64,000 nucleotides of DNA from positions 32,674,001 to 32,738,000 of the forward strand of contig NW_025964112.1 in NCBI RefSeq assembly GCF_023055435.1. Reading direction: 5' to 3'. A program made the position numbers and the translations under genes. The notes below the pieces were generated by a model that was not told the DNA's origin, searched no databases, and worked only from the letters and a program-made list of their open reading frames with translations. The DNA is from Haliotis rufescens (lineage: Eukaryota). Each line of letters starts with the position of its first letter. Position 1 is the first letter of the stretch. Positions 11,901 through 24,895 of this stretch are shown here, piece by piece.

Positions 11901-13278
11901 GCTATGGCTAATGCTACCTGCATCATGGGAGCAGAATTGACAAAATAAATGTAGCGTCACTTTGTTATTTTCTAAGCTGGACAACTCGAATGTTCTCAAA
12001 TTGACTTGGTTTTTTTTATTTGATGTTTTATGGAGACTACATTATTACTTTTCATGCTTAAGTCCGCTTCAGACTGCCCTCATTGGACTTGGTTTCTGAA
12101 CTTGAAGTTTTTGTGCAATGTTTCTCTGGTAAAATTGTCGATAAGACTCATTGTGACGGAAATACTTCAAACCACTTGTAGGTAGATCATTAGTTACTCG
12201 ACATTCCAATAGCAACAGTCTTTAAAACATTCTATCTTGTTTTAACGGACATATAGCATTTCCGACAGTACTTTAGCGTCCCATTGGGCTTGCCATTTTT
12301 GAGCGATGTCGGATTTGATTTTGCTCTTTTTCTAGAGCCAGCTTCGCCAGTAGGTCTGTGAATCTTAACACCTATACTTTAATCTGGATGAAATTATATT
12401 TATACAGCTTCTAATAAAAGATCCCTACATTGATGATCATATTAAACATTAATACACACAATACGTTCAAATCAATTATTATTTCTGTAATTAGGGTTCT
12501 AAAACTATGAATATCAGTAGGAATCTATTTAGCAAAATTCCACACATTTGAAAGACATTCCACAGCTGACATAATCCAATATTTTTTTCAATACCCATGA
12601 CCTGTAAAACAGACAGCTGCACTGTTGGAATATTAGAGCATCCTCGGCAGTCAGTTGAAAGGGGTCTTGGTCCATCCCCACTGATTTCATCCATAAGCCC
12701 TTACATTTGACAAGCACGTTCTGAGCAGAATAGGATATAGAAGAAAACATGAAAGTATGAAAGTTCAGGAAAAGAGGAACGAAATAATTTTACATGGAAA
12801 CTCATAACGATGCGAATGTTCCGAATTTCCGACTGTTTTCCAAACATTGCTATCATTATACTATACTGACACTAGATTCCATGTTCTTGATCACATTTAT
12901 CTTATATTTTCTTACAGATTCCTAAACTGAATGTTCTGTAACGAGATTAAGGTTCCAACCTAAATAAACGCATGTTGTTAGGCTACTTGTAACATTGTGA
13001 GTGTATCACGCCGTATGTAGTCAGATATATGTAATGTAACACATGAACTTTCCCAACTATCCAGTGGACAAAAGCACGATGAACGATCCAAACCCGTCGG
13101 GGCGCGATGACACACAATCATCCACTCTTTTCGAAACCAACCACAGGAACCGCATGTGTCGAGTCTTACGACCAGCATAGGGTTTTCTCTTTGCAAAGTA
13201 CTCTTTTCGAAACCACTACAACCGCATTTGTCGTGTTTTACGACCAGCAATGGGTCCCGTCTCTGCAACGACCCCAGC

Positions 13279-13578
13279 CGCATTTGTCGAGTCTTACGAC
13301 CAGAATGGATACTCACGTCGTTACAACCGGAGACGCATTTGTCGAGTCTTACGACCAGAATGGATACTCACGTCGTTACAACCGGAGACGCATTTGTCGA
13401 GTCTTACGACCAGAATGGATACTCACGTCGTTACAACCGGAGACGCATTTGTCGAGTCTTACGACCAGAATGGATACTCACGTCGTTACAACCGGAGACG
13501 CATTTGTCGAGTCTTACGACCAGAATGGATACTCACGTCGTTACAACCGGAGACGCATTTGTCGAGTCTTAAGACCAG
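13279..13578. repeat. 55-bp minisatellite, about 5.4 near-perfect copies, with degenerate copies upstream (~13150, ~13222)
   Basis: Unit cgcatttgtcgagtcttacgaccagaatggatactcacgtcgttacaaccggaga starts at 13279, 13334, 13389, 13444, 13499 and 13554. Confidence 0.97.
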
Positions 13579-13704
13579 CATAGGGTACTCTTTTGAGTTA
13601 CCAGTTGCAACGGCTGGAACTGTATTCGTCCACAAAACACCAACCAATAGTTAGTGAGCTGAATTTCGAGCTCAGACATACATGGGGTGAGCAGAGTTCC
13701 GAAA

Positions 13705-14790
13705 CATATGTGATGTGATCGGAGTTTCCAGCTCATACATACGTGAAGTGATCTGAGTTTCCAGCTCATACATACATACATGTAGTGAGCGGAGTTTCCA
13801 GCTCATACATACATACATACATGTAGTGATCGGAGTTTCCAGCTCATACATACGTGTAGTGATCGGAGTTTCCAGCTCATACATACGTGAAGTGATCTGA
13901 GTTTCCAGCTCATACATACATACATGTAGTGATCGGAGTTTCCAGCTCATACATACATGTAGTGATCGGAGTTTCCAGCTCATACATACATGTAGTGATC
14001 GGAGTTTCCAGCTCATACATACATGTAGTGAGCGGAGTTTCCAGCTCATACATACATGTAGTGAGCGGAGTTTCCAGCTCATACATACATGTAGTGAGCG
14101 GAGTTTCCAGCTCATACATACAAACATGTAGTGATCGGAGTTTCCAGCTCATACATACATGTAGCGATCGGAGTTTCCAGCTCATACATACATGTAGTGA
14201 GCGGAGTTTCCAGCTCATACATACATGTAGTGATCGGAGTTTCCAGCTCATACATACATGTAGTGAGCGGAGTTTCCAGCTCATACATACATGTAGTGAG
14301 CGGAGTTTCCAGCTCATACATACATACATGTAGTGAGCGGAGTTTCCAGCTCATACATACATGTAGTGATCGGAGTTTCCAGGTTCGACATTGTACATGT
14401 GGTGGGCGGTGTGTGTGTGTGTGTTAGTGTGTGTGTTAGTGTTAGTGTGTTTGTGTGTGATTGTGTGATCNNNNNNNNNNNNNNNNNNNNNNNNNNNNNN
14501 NNNNNNNNNNNNNNNNNNNNNNNNNNNNNNNNNNNNNNNNNNNNNNNNNNNNNNNNNNNNNNNNNNNNNNNNNNNNNNNNNNNNNNNNNNNNNNNNNNNN
14601 NNNNNNNNNNNNNNNNNNNNNNNNNNNNNNNNNNNNNNNNNNNNNNNNNNNNNNNNNNNNNNNNNNNNNNNNNNNNNNNNNNNNNNNNNNACATACATTT
14701 AGTGAGCGGAGTTTGCAGGTCATATATACATGTAGTGATCGGAGCTTCCAGCCCATACATACATACATTTAGTGATCGGAGTTTCCAGTT
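13705..14790. repeat. 33-bp minisatellite (with +4 cata variants), interrupted by assembly gaps
   Basis: Unit catacatgtagtga(t/g)cggagtttccagctcata, about 20 copies before the gap; it produces the repetitive YELETP/SWKLRS ORFs. Confidence 0.97.
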
Positions 14791-15664
14791 TCGACATTGT
14801 ACATGTGGTGGGCGNNNNNNNNNNNNNNNNNNNNNNNNNNNNNNNNNNNNNNNNNNNNNNNNNNNNNNNNNNNNNNNNNNNNNNNNNNNNNNNNNNNNNN
14901 NNNNNNNNNNNNNNNNNNNNNNNNNNNNNNNNNNNNNNNNNNNNNNNNNNNNNNNNNNNNNNNNNNNNNNNNNNNNNNNNNNNNNNNNNNNNNNNNNNNN
15001 NNNNNNNNNNNNNNNNNNNNNNNNNNNNNNNNNNNNNNNNNNNNNNNNNNNNNNNNNNNNAATATGATATTAATGACACAAAATAAAGGCATTAGCTAGT
15101 TCATTAAATGTCCATGTTTCCTGTGTCCTGAATACAAAGTGTCTACAGCTGTTGTCATAACAACGGGTCGGCAGCGTGCGCGAAATCAATTCTTTGTCTA
15201 TGATCGAACACATGATACATGTCATGGTGACATTCCTGAAGTGCAATCCGACTTCAGCCACCCAGATGTGACTGACTTCCCCATTGTTGGATACAAGTCA
15301 CCGGGAACGAGTCTATTGATGGTTTATTTATCCCAGCACATGCATTTGTAATAGGTGAGGTATTCAGTTACCGGTTAAAGTTTCGTGTCATGTTTCTAAA
15401 ACTAAATAAGCGTAGCTTGGGGAAACAGTGGGTAATGTTGTAGTTTATTGTCTATCTGTTGCAAGCTATCTTGATTAGACCTAAAATGGGCACGCATACA
15501 GTGTCCTTCGTGCCTTACATGATTTATTCCAACCATCAGACAAACAAACACATTGCCAGTCTTCAGTATAATAGAAACATTACATCACATCGGTTTTAGA
15601 AGGAGAACTGGGTTGGTAAACAAGCACGTCATGCTGCTATTAATTCTGCTCCATCAACTGAAAG

Positions 15665-15822
15665 TGAGTTGGGTAGCCTAGTGGTTAAAACGATCGCTTC
15701 GCTCGTCACGCCGAGGACCTGGGTACGCTTACCCACAATATGTGAAGCCCATTTCTGCTGTTCCCAGCCGTGATATTCCTGGAATATAGCTGAACGCGGC
15801 GTAAAATCATACTCAGTCACTC
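15665..15822 (+). mobile_element. tRNA-derived SINE family B
   Basis: gggtagcctagtggttaaaacg...tcgctcgtcacgccgaggacctggg...tgtgaagcccatttctg...ggaatatagctgaacgcggcgtaaa...actcagtcact tail. Confidence 0.85.
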
Positions 15823-16963
15823 CAACAACAAAACAATTAGCAAACCTGGTTACAGAATGCGAATTGGCAAATAACATAATGTATAAACACCATTAGGAAG
15901 TATTAACATGAAGACCTAGTTGACTTGCGGATTTCACTTTCTCACAATGCGACTTTTCGGTAAAGAGGCTGGTTGCTTTATCCACCTGCTTGATAAAGGT
16001 AATAGCATATGCACTGTAACCTCGCACTGTAAGCAAAAAGTTGAAATCCATGTGAACTCTGTCTTCATCGTTACTACAGCTTCTGAAATGCCACTTAAAT
16101 ATACATACTAATGTTAGAAACATTACCGCTGAAATAGTTTACAATTTCTAAGTATATCCATGAGTAAAATTGTACATGCATTGTATTCCTAACAATATCA
16201 TAATGAGCACAGTGAAGAAGTAATGAAGTGCACTTTCGGTGGTGCAGGAAGGAGATGGTGCAACATTTTGGAAACGGTTGGCAATTTAAATCGACTCCCT
16301 CAAACGAATTTCATTTAAGGAAATTGGTTTAGTTTTCAAAACCACTTTGCGGTTCACTGTTAACACGATCAGATTTTACAGTCAGTTGACTGAATTGGGC
16401 ACTTAAGTTTCCGCATCACTGTGAATTCTAATGGATTTTTGTCTTTTCAAGACATAGTTTAAGGTAAGAAACTAATATCATCCAGCAATGTATAACGATT
16501 TGGTTCTGCGACTGTTGGCGATAAAAGTTTGCATAAATAATCGGGTAATATAGGCTTCAACATTTTGGAGGTTGGCAATATAAAGCGATTTCTTCTCTCA
16601 CTTGAGGAAGTTGGATTAGTTCATAGTAAATTCTATCATAACGTGTTCCAGGAACTGCACCATATACTCTTCCGTAACGCTTCTACATTTTCCAGGATGA
16701 CACATTGTTGTTTTGTACAGTTATACAAATATAACTACAGTATTCGAATAGTAGGGTAAACACCATATACATAGTTTCCAGGGTTATCTTTGGGAGGCGA
16801 TTGTTACAAAGGAATTTAAAGGATATAAATTCAGGAATTTACAGTTGAATATTCCTGGAGGGGACAGGACATACGGAATGTGCTTTAAGCTGGAACGAAA
16901 TGATCTAGAAATACCAGCCCCCTCACTTCAGAATGTGAAATGGAGGTTCCAAAACAACCATAT

Positions 16964-18609
16964 TTAAGCAAAGCGTACAATAAGTGACACCACTACAATT
17001 ATCAAACACACAACAATGCAAACAAGGGGGATTATCTTCCAGTGTTCTTTAAAATACTCCCGCCAGTCAGGCTCCTGATGACAGCAATGCAACAACACGC
17101 GGTGAAACATATATTCATTGTCCATATCATTGGGGAGAATGTGTCCATTTTTGATGAACAGTCTTAATTTTGGTTTGACGGTAGATTCCAAGTCGCTTGG
17201 AAGGTCGATGCCTACTTCAGAATCTTTTCCGACTGATGCAATGATAAGAATTGCTGAAGGCAAACCTGAGGGAGAAATATAACAGAATCTATATTTGTGA
17301 TCTACTTTATAAACAGTTTGTAGTTCTCTCGAATAGAAGTCAAAATGTTTGTAATAACGCAAGAACAAGGACAATGTTTTGAAATAAATATGTCAACTCT
17401 TTCTGAAAATCTGTACCCCGTAATGTGTCAACAATGAGTTCCTCTTCATCTTTAATACGTGATGAAGCTTGATATATGACGAGGAAGGGGAAATCCTCTT
17501 TTAACTTTGATCCCATCGCTCTGTATCGTATCACATTTTGGACGAATTCATCTTCTAGATGTCCGGCGTTACTGCTTCTCGGGATGATGATAGTATTTGT
17601 TCTCAGTTTGTTCTCTGCAAGATAAATGCTGAATGTTACATTGGCCTCTCGTTATAGGAGGCATGTGTTGCAACTATAGGATGCTGTTACAGCAAAAGGG
17701 TGACATTATTTCATTAATTCCTATCATTCTCTATTACTCTGGGAAGGGTATTGCTTAGCATCAACCTTTGATGAAAAATGTGTGGTGACTCGACACCAGG
17801 ACAATACTTCCCGAGCACAGGAAGTAAAACTACTTGCATCTGTCAGAAGCTGTGGCTGCAATCAAAGACGTATTGTTCTTTTACTATCATCACAGAGTTA
17901 GCTTAGAGGGCAGGCGTGTCTAGTGCCTCTTAAGGCCACTGAAAACGTCAAATAATAAAGATACAGACTATGAGTTAATTTTAATTCATTGGTATGAAAA
18001 GTATCAGACACGTTGAAATGGCGGATATCTAGCCTATTTCCGTATTATCTCTATACGTTTGAACTTCTAAGGTGACAAATTCACAAGGCCGATTTATTCT
18101 TTCAAACTTCAAGAGAGAAAAAATATATATTGTAAATCCGAGACAGAAGGTGAATTTGCCCACACTTTTCTTGTTGTTGTTTTTATCTACATCTAAGAAA
18201 GTCAGTTTGGATAGAAAAATTGCTCTTGTTGAAATATTAGAAAAAACACTTTCCATAAACATCTAAAATCAGCTGTTTTGACACACTTTAGCCACACTAT
18301 GCAAAAATCATTGTTATATGTCCGACAGATCTCACAGTAAAATGAACCAGGTCCTATAGTCGTTTATATGAATACATCTGATAACTTCCTTAACGATGTT
18401 TAAAAATCGATCATTTCCTAAATCGGGCATGAAGTGAATCAAACATTATCATGGTTTGTTCCTGTACTTAATCATTTATCTGTACTCAATGGGAGTAACG
18501 TGTTTAGGTTCGACTATACTAAACACACGTATTCCAACTTACCCAAGTCGCTCCTTCCATGCGTCCCCATGCTCCTGTATGTGGCTGGGCTGGCTGCAAC
18601 CTTGGACAT
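16964..18609 (-). CDS. GIMAP/AIG1-like degenerate GTPase with C-terminal TM anchor, paralogue 2 (188 aa)
   Basis: Exons 18609-18543, 17614-17417 and 17265-16964 (67/198/302 nt), open frame: MSKVAASPATYRSMGTHGRSDL/ENKLRTNTIIIPRSSNAGHLEDEFVQNVIRYRAMGSKLKEDFPFLVIYQASSRIKDEEELIVDTLR/GLPSAILIIASVGKD...IIVVVSLIVRFA. The middle-exon donor is a weaker GTACAG. Confidence 0.75.
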
Positions 18610-19544
18610 ACTGGCAACATATTTTTAAGGACGTTGATGTTGAAGAAGTCCTGTTTTGTGTACATACATTTGTGTCAAACGTTACACAATGTTATTGAAT
18701 ATACAGATCGGAATAGGTTATTGCCCTGATAATGGAAACATAAATGACAATTGAAAAGTGTAGTCAGGTGATACATGTACATTCGTTTGCTGCTCAGCAC
18801 ATATTGAAGCATGTATTATTGCTTTGTAAGTACATAACAGTAATGTCAACACGACAGTACGACAGTTCTCAAAAACCTATCTACATATTCCCAGCAAACC
18901 TGTTGAATATCTTTGTGTGTTGAATATAAGATCTATGTCAATATTAATACATCATTACATAATTGACCTTATTGTCTTCAAGAACATTTACATTTATGTT
19001 AGGTCCAAGTTGGATCAATCACAGAAAACATAACCTCATTAAGCCCCATGCCAAAAGACGTTGAAAAATGACTTCAGGTAAAGGTTCCCACACAAGCCTA
19101 CTAAATATTATCGATGAAATATGCATCTAAAGTGCATACCACATAGGTATGATTATAGTAGATTGAGTTCGTTGACGTATATACACACGTTNNNNNNNNN
19201 NNNNNNNNNNNNNNNNNNNNNNNNNNNNNNNNNNNNNNNNNNNNNNNNNNNNNNNNNNNNNNNNNNNNNNNNNNNNNNNNNNNNNNNNNNNNNNNNNNNN
19301 NNNNNNNNNNNNNNNNNNNNNNNNNNNNNNNNNNNNNNNNNNNNNNNNNNNNNNNNNNNNNNNNNNNNNNNACACNNNNNNNNNNNNNNNNNNNNNNNNN
19401 NNNNNNNNNNNNNNNNNNNNNNNNNNNNNNNNNNNNNNNNNNNNNNNNNNNNNNNNNNNNNNNNNNNNNNNNNNNNNNNNNNNNNNNNNNNNNNNNNNNN
19501 NNNNNNNNCAAGGTTTCATCTTACAATGTTTCATGTTCATGAGA

Positions 19545-19729
19545 ACTAACCTGTTTGCAGCTACCCTTGGTGAAACGTCCGCCTCCCCAGTTCGTTAAAT
19601 ATAAACTGCGCATGAGCTGGTATATATGAATTTTGTTATCGGCCTCGTTTTCATGCATGTGACATGTACACTGGGAACGGGGGATAGAGCACACACATCT
19701 CCCACAGCAGAGAACAGCTATAAGTAAGT
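19545..19729. promoter_or_regulatory. Putative bidirectional promoter/first exons (copy 2); candidate 5' end of the IFI44-like gene
   Basis: Minus donor CAG|GTTAGT (19545-19550), plus donor TAA|GTAAGT (19724-19729); homologous to the 7.5-7.7 and 59.7-59.9 kb blocks. Confidence 0.55.
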
Positions 19730-20054
19730 AGTAGTAGTAACATTATTTCCACGAATGCTATTATTACGAGATACAGCAAGCAGAAATAATATTGATATAA
19801 CTAAGGTCGTACTATATAGAAAAACTGTCAGCCTTTGACTAAAAAAGTATTAACTATTTTCTATACAAATGGGCATCTTCAAATTATGAAGTTACCAGTA
19901 TTTAGATGTGCACTTTTCAGGTCAGGGTTATGGTATGTTACACAGAAAACAATAACAAGTCAACAGGGAAATGTTTTTTTCAATCATGAATTTAACTTAT
20001 TTTCCATATTTGTTCGATTATATATATTTGATGTCATCCTCCTCTCGTATTGTA

Positions 20055-20355
20055 CCCGGACAGCGGGAGGTCGGTGGTTCGATCTTCTGGTCCCGCCATA
20101 CTCAAACACGTTAAAAATGGTACTTGCTGTTACGCTGGCTTCAACCGCCATCAATGAGATATAGCAAGGACTGGCCGCATCGAGTCGGGATAATGTGTCT
20201 GAGTCGGAGAGCCATGTTAAAATGTGGCATGGTATCTCAGTGGGATAGCACTATTTAAACCGGCATAAGTCCGGATTAATACAAGAAGACACAAACACAC
20301 GTGGCTTAATGTCGCATTGTTAGTGAAACAATCTTGGATGCGACCTTAAACCCAT
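20055..20355 (+). mobile_element. SINE family A copy
   Basis: gcgggaggtcggtggttcgatc...cgccatactcaaacacgttaaaaatggtacttgctgttacgctgg...catgttaaaatgtggcatggtatctcagtggg. Confidence 0.8.
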
Positions 20356-21844
20356 TTGACCTCACCCCACCTCATCCCATCTCTCATGTTGTATGGAACT
20401 CTGGGGATTTCATACCTCACCTAACTTTGTAAATGTTCATGACATACCTTTTTGGGAAATTCTACACGTTGTCGAAAGCCCACCGAAGTTGCACAATCCG
20501 CGAGATCAACAAAAACTGTATAAAGTAAATCAATATAGTAAAAATGTAAAATACCAGAGAACGTTGCTTCGAGATAGTACCCTTTTTATATAAAATTCGT
20601 ATATTGTATCGATATGTATCAGCAGAAGAGGGAAAGAATGTTGAAAAACACTTATTTTGATATATGTTTTGGGATTAATGTTGATTAATCCTGACATGGG
20701 TGATGTTGACATTGAATTTTCGCAATTTGAATTAATGTGCATTGATGAATATGACAATGTTGTCGATATTCCCCGCCTTTTTGGTATGCTGTGTGTTAAG
20801 TAATTTACATTTACGTTTACGCATTAAGTTTATTTCCATGTTATTGGTATGCTCCCGTTGTCACAGAGTATGTTTCAATAGAAGTTGTTTTTTTTGTGTA
20901 ATGTGAGATAGCTGTGAAGCTTAAAGTCAATAATGAATTGAAGTGAAGTTGAGGCAATGTAGGTTTCATTGTCTGCCAGGGGTAGACGGCATAGTTTTGC
21001 TGTTTAAAGCGTGGTTGAACTCGTGTATTGTAAGGGCTTTGTGGTGAGGTATGTTGCCTTGAGGTGGCCGTGCCATGGTGCGGCGAGTATTTTGCGCAGA
21101 ACAGAACAGAACTTTATCGCTTTTCGAGGCCCGGTATAGCGGCATATGAAGTAGTTTTTGTTTGTTTGAAACTGTAAACAATTCTTCAAAATCTGTTGTT
21201 CGTGGCTCAATTGAAGGTGCGGTCTCCTCCAATCCCACCATATGTTTAGAAATACAAAACATTTTATCGTCACTAATGTATTTAATATCACTGTGCTGAA
21301 GCCAATCCTTATAAACCACATATGAATAGATATTGTCAACGGGCTTGTGTTGACGGGGAATTAGCTCTTGGGGGAATAAAGGACAAAATCGACATCACTA
21401 TCCCGGAACGCTTTATGCATAACATGTAAACAATAAACAACAATTGCACAATGAGCGGAATACCTGCTCTGACAACACAAACACAGCAATGAGCGGACCT
21501 TCCAGCTCAGGCAATACAAGAGATGAGCGGAGCTCCAGCTCACCTCAGGGCGTTTCCTACGAGCAGCACATCCTGCTCGAGGTCGTCCCTATGCCAGCAC
21601 TCGGAATACCAAGCCTGACTTACACCGTAGTAACTGTGTAATGGTAACACATATATAGTAATGAACAACAATGGACAGACAAAGAGACAATGACATTGCT
21701 TTGGACATTGGACATATGGACGTGATGAACCAACACAGTTCATGGGATGATCAATTAGGGCAATAAATGTCATACTATAAAAAGCAGTAGTTAAAGGGAA
21801 GTGATTTGGTAGTCCAGGCTGACTGACAGTCAATATACAATGAA

Positions 21845-24800
21845 ATGTTGGTGAGGATTAACAACGGGGATGAGCGCCTAAAACGTAATGACAATTAAGT
21901 TGTGGAGACATGGCTACAGGGTAATTTGCCCTTGGAGTCAAATGTACTGCAGACAATGGTAGTCATAAATCAGTCGCTATGACAACTTCCCTCCGTTCCG
22001 TGAAGCTTGGACCCCAAGCTTACATGAGTCCAAATTGATATGTGTGACACGTTTTCACCAACGAAAACAACAGTGCAAAATGTTAACATAATCAGTTAGA
22101 TGAGTTCAGGATATTGTTGAAATACGTGTGCACAAATACCTATCCAATGACGGTATGAAAGTTATCATCTAGCCAGTTTGATTTAGTGCCAGTTTGAAAA
22201 CTAACCAAGTATTGAACACACAACGATATAACAAATATAACATTTGTTACATCAACCAAGTATTCTTTGCAATGTGCAATTTCACTACGAGGTAATACAA
22301 CTTTGCACAGATTCAATAAATATATCACCAAAGGTTCTTTGAATTCAGGAGTCTGGCTTGGAGGTGCGACTCTGTACCGAATAATGATAATGAGTAATGT
22401 CATAAAAAGCACAAATGAAACATCTCAACAAATATTTTGCATAAAGAAATTTGAAACCAGGAGTCTAACTTTACCGCGCGACTCAAACGGTACTTGTGGG
22501 TACGTTTGCCCTTTTAAGTACAATGGGTGCTCTTCCCGTGTCTTTAACGGAGCTTGCCCATATGTTATGGGTGCTATGCCCAAGGAAAATAATAATCCTT
22601 AATTCCGACATCAAAATTCTGAAATGCTGAATACCGCTGTGCAGTTAATTAGTTAATACTGACATACAATAAACATATGTGTGGGGTTGGCTTACCCAAG
22701 AATATCCCTAATCTGAATTCAAAGTCCTAGACAATACATTCAATTTTGTACCAAATTGTGCACATTAATAACATGTAACAAATGACAAATTTTGTCGTTT
22801 AGATTTTTTTAAATTACGAGTCTAGCTTAAAGGTGTAACTCGATAACCCTACAGCTTAGGTTTGTCTGGGCCCTAGTTGTATCTATATATCTGGCGTGGC
22901 CTGGGGACATTTCAAAGATTCCCTACACAATAATTTCAAAGATCTAGCTTGACTAAAGATGTGATTTGGAGTATAGTGCACATATGCAAAACTGAATTTT
23001 GGAAAGACTCCTTTTGGCATAAATATACTGGCTTTGATCAAACATACCTGGTTGCACTTATCAACAGTCACACAATATATATCCTGGAATGCGTCCATGT
23101 AAGTAAACACAAATTAGTAAGTCCCAATGAGATATCTTGTACACAGTGTCCATCTTGCAGGTGCCCGTGAGGCGGTTTCTGTATTGTGCAGGGTCTGCAT
23201 GAAGATGGCTGTGGTCGGATCTCTGTGGTATACGCGTGTATACTTCTTTTCTTAGGTCATGTGCAGGAATGACATCTTGAAGGGGAAGACTTAGCAGTGT
23301 TGCTAAGATATTCGAGCAGGGAAGGTTTGGGATCGGAGAACTTGTTCTTGATCAGAGAGGTTCTTGTTCTTTCTTCAATCTTGTTACAGGCCGTTTCTTC
23401 GTTCTTGGTGATTGGCCTTCAGGAAGGTAGTATATATCCTTTTAATAAAAGACTGTCACTTTCTACAGTTTTGTGAACCATATGCCATGCTGCAAAGAGC
23501 TACAGGAAAGGACAGACTAAGAAGTCTGTCATAACCGATAGCTCAACCAAATTAACAACGCGTTGGTCTGACATTCATTAATGAATAATTTGCATATTTG
23601 CGTATATGCAAGGGGCCGACGTATGGTTCTCAGTAGGAAGTGACAACTTGGAGACGATGGCTTGCGGTGTATACAGTTTTACTTTATACATGTAGATATA
23701 AACATACAAAGGCACTGTGTGCCAGATCAGCACATGGTGGTAGTGGTTGTTGTCAAGGTGCCCCGGAGCACCCAGCCTAACCCTAGCTAGGCTAAGGGTA
23801 AGACCTTTCTTTTTCTCCTCACTTACTTACTTACTTACTTTGGAGATTTAACGTGCGCTTTCCAACTGATGCGTATTTCGCACACGGGCCCGGCCAGGCC
23901 ATTTAATGTGTTTCCGAAAGGGGCGAAAGTGGTCTGTGCAACCCAAGAGGGGGGTTTTAGGGGTTGCTTATATAGAATTTGGGAATTTTGAGATTTGGAA
24001 TAGATGCCGATGGGATTGGGGAGGAGAACTAAGGGAGCTGGGTATGGTGGATGTTTGTTTGTTTATGTGATTTTGATTTGGTAGGTTATTGTGTTTTTAG
24101 ATGCGTTTTATTAGTTCCGTTTTTATTAAGAATACGCCTAAGGCCTTGAAGTTTTCTAGTTTATTTTGTGGGTTTAGTATTGCTTCTAGAGTTAGAGCCT
24201 TGTTTAGATTGAGGGTGGTTTGTAATGCGGTTCGATGTGTTAGGTAGTGTGTGCAGTGGATGAGTGCGTGTTCTGGGGTTTCTGGTTGTTTGCAGTGTGG
24301 GCAGTTACCTGTAGTGTGTTTTTAAAAAAAAATTAGGTGGTTATTTAGGTTGGTGTGTCCTGTTTGGAGTTAAGTGATTACTCTGTCGATTTTTTTGGAT
24401 GGATGGAGAATTTTTGGTTTGGTTAGTGGTTTGCTGAGCACTTTTTTTATTTGGCTATTTGAGTTTAGATATAGGTTATGCCATTTTTTGTGATTTTTTG
24501 CTTGTTTACACTTTTAATTTCTGATTTTGAGATGGGTAAGTTTAAGCTTATTTCTGGGATTTTGAGGGATAGTTTAGCTGCTTTATCGGCTAAGGGTAAG
24601 ACCTTTCTTTTCTCCCCTCTGGACCAAGGCTTATATAGCCAAGGTCACCTGACATTTAGTAAGTAATAAATATAAATGTAAACAGTAAATCATCAGTGAC
24701 ATACTTGCACATCTTGTTCAGGATCGTAGACGGTCGATGTACACAAAAATGGGGATTAACAAATAGGATTAGCATCTTATAAATAACAGCAATTAAGTGT

Positions 24801-24895
24801 TTCAAGGCATAAAGATGTCATGGCTCCAGGGTGATGAGCCTTTGCAATTAAATGTACTGCAGACAATGGTAGTCATATATCAGTCGCTATGACTA
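21845..24895 (-). mobile_element. Probable internally deleted LTR retrotransposon remnant (Gypsy-like)
   Basis: Diverged direct repeats at ~21850-21983 and ~24750-24893 share aaatgtactgcagacaatggtagtcata(a/t)atcagtcgctatgac. Decayed coding-like interior with an integrase C-terminal-like LQHGIW...VEK relic near 23.5 kb. Boundaries approximate. Confidence 0.45.
23819..24590 (-). mobile_element. 5'-truncated I-group LINE (RNase H end plus CCHC knuckle) with (AAGT)n tail and ~28-bp target-site duplication
   Basis: Minus strand reads ADKAAKLSLKIPE...LQTGHTNLNNHL...CPHCKQPETPEHALIHC. Tail (ttac)n at ~23820-23840. Flanked by ggctaagggtaagacctttctttt(t)ctcc at 23790 and 24588. Confidence 0.85.

Noticed and set aside
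13107-14427. Long overlapping ORFs and CRISPR-like regularity
   Set aside because: Pure head-to-tail 55- and 33-bp minisatellites with no unique spacers and no cas genes, in a eukaryotic context; ORFs are open in several frames as a repeat artefact.
14471-15060. ORFs containing X runs (also 8389-8587 and 19192-19508)
   Set aside because: Assembly gaps.
16964-17374. Single-exon reading of the TM-protein ORFs (also 43509-43922 and 57571-57948)
   Set aside because: The N-terminal extensions are intron read-through; conservation starts exactly at the ag|GTTTG acceptor.
3740-20803. Copies 1 and 2 as falsely duplicated alleles
   Set aside because: Not fully excluded because gaps lie between them, but the middle exon, ATG exon and introns differ substantially and group with different paralogues, which favours true paralogy.
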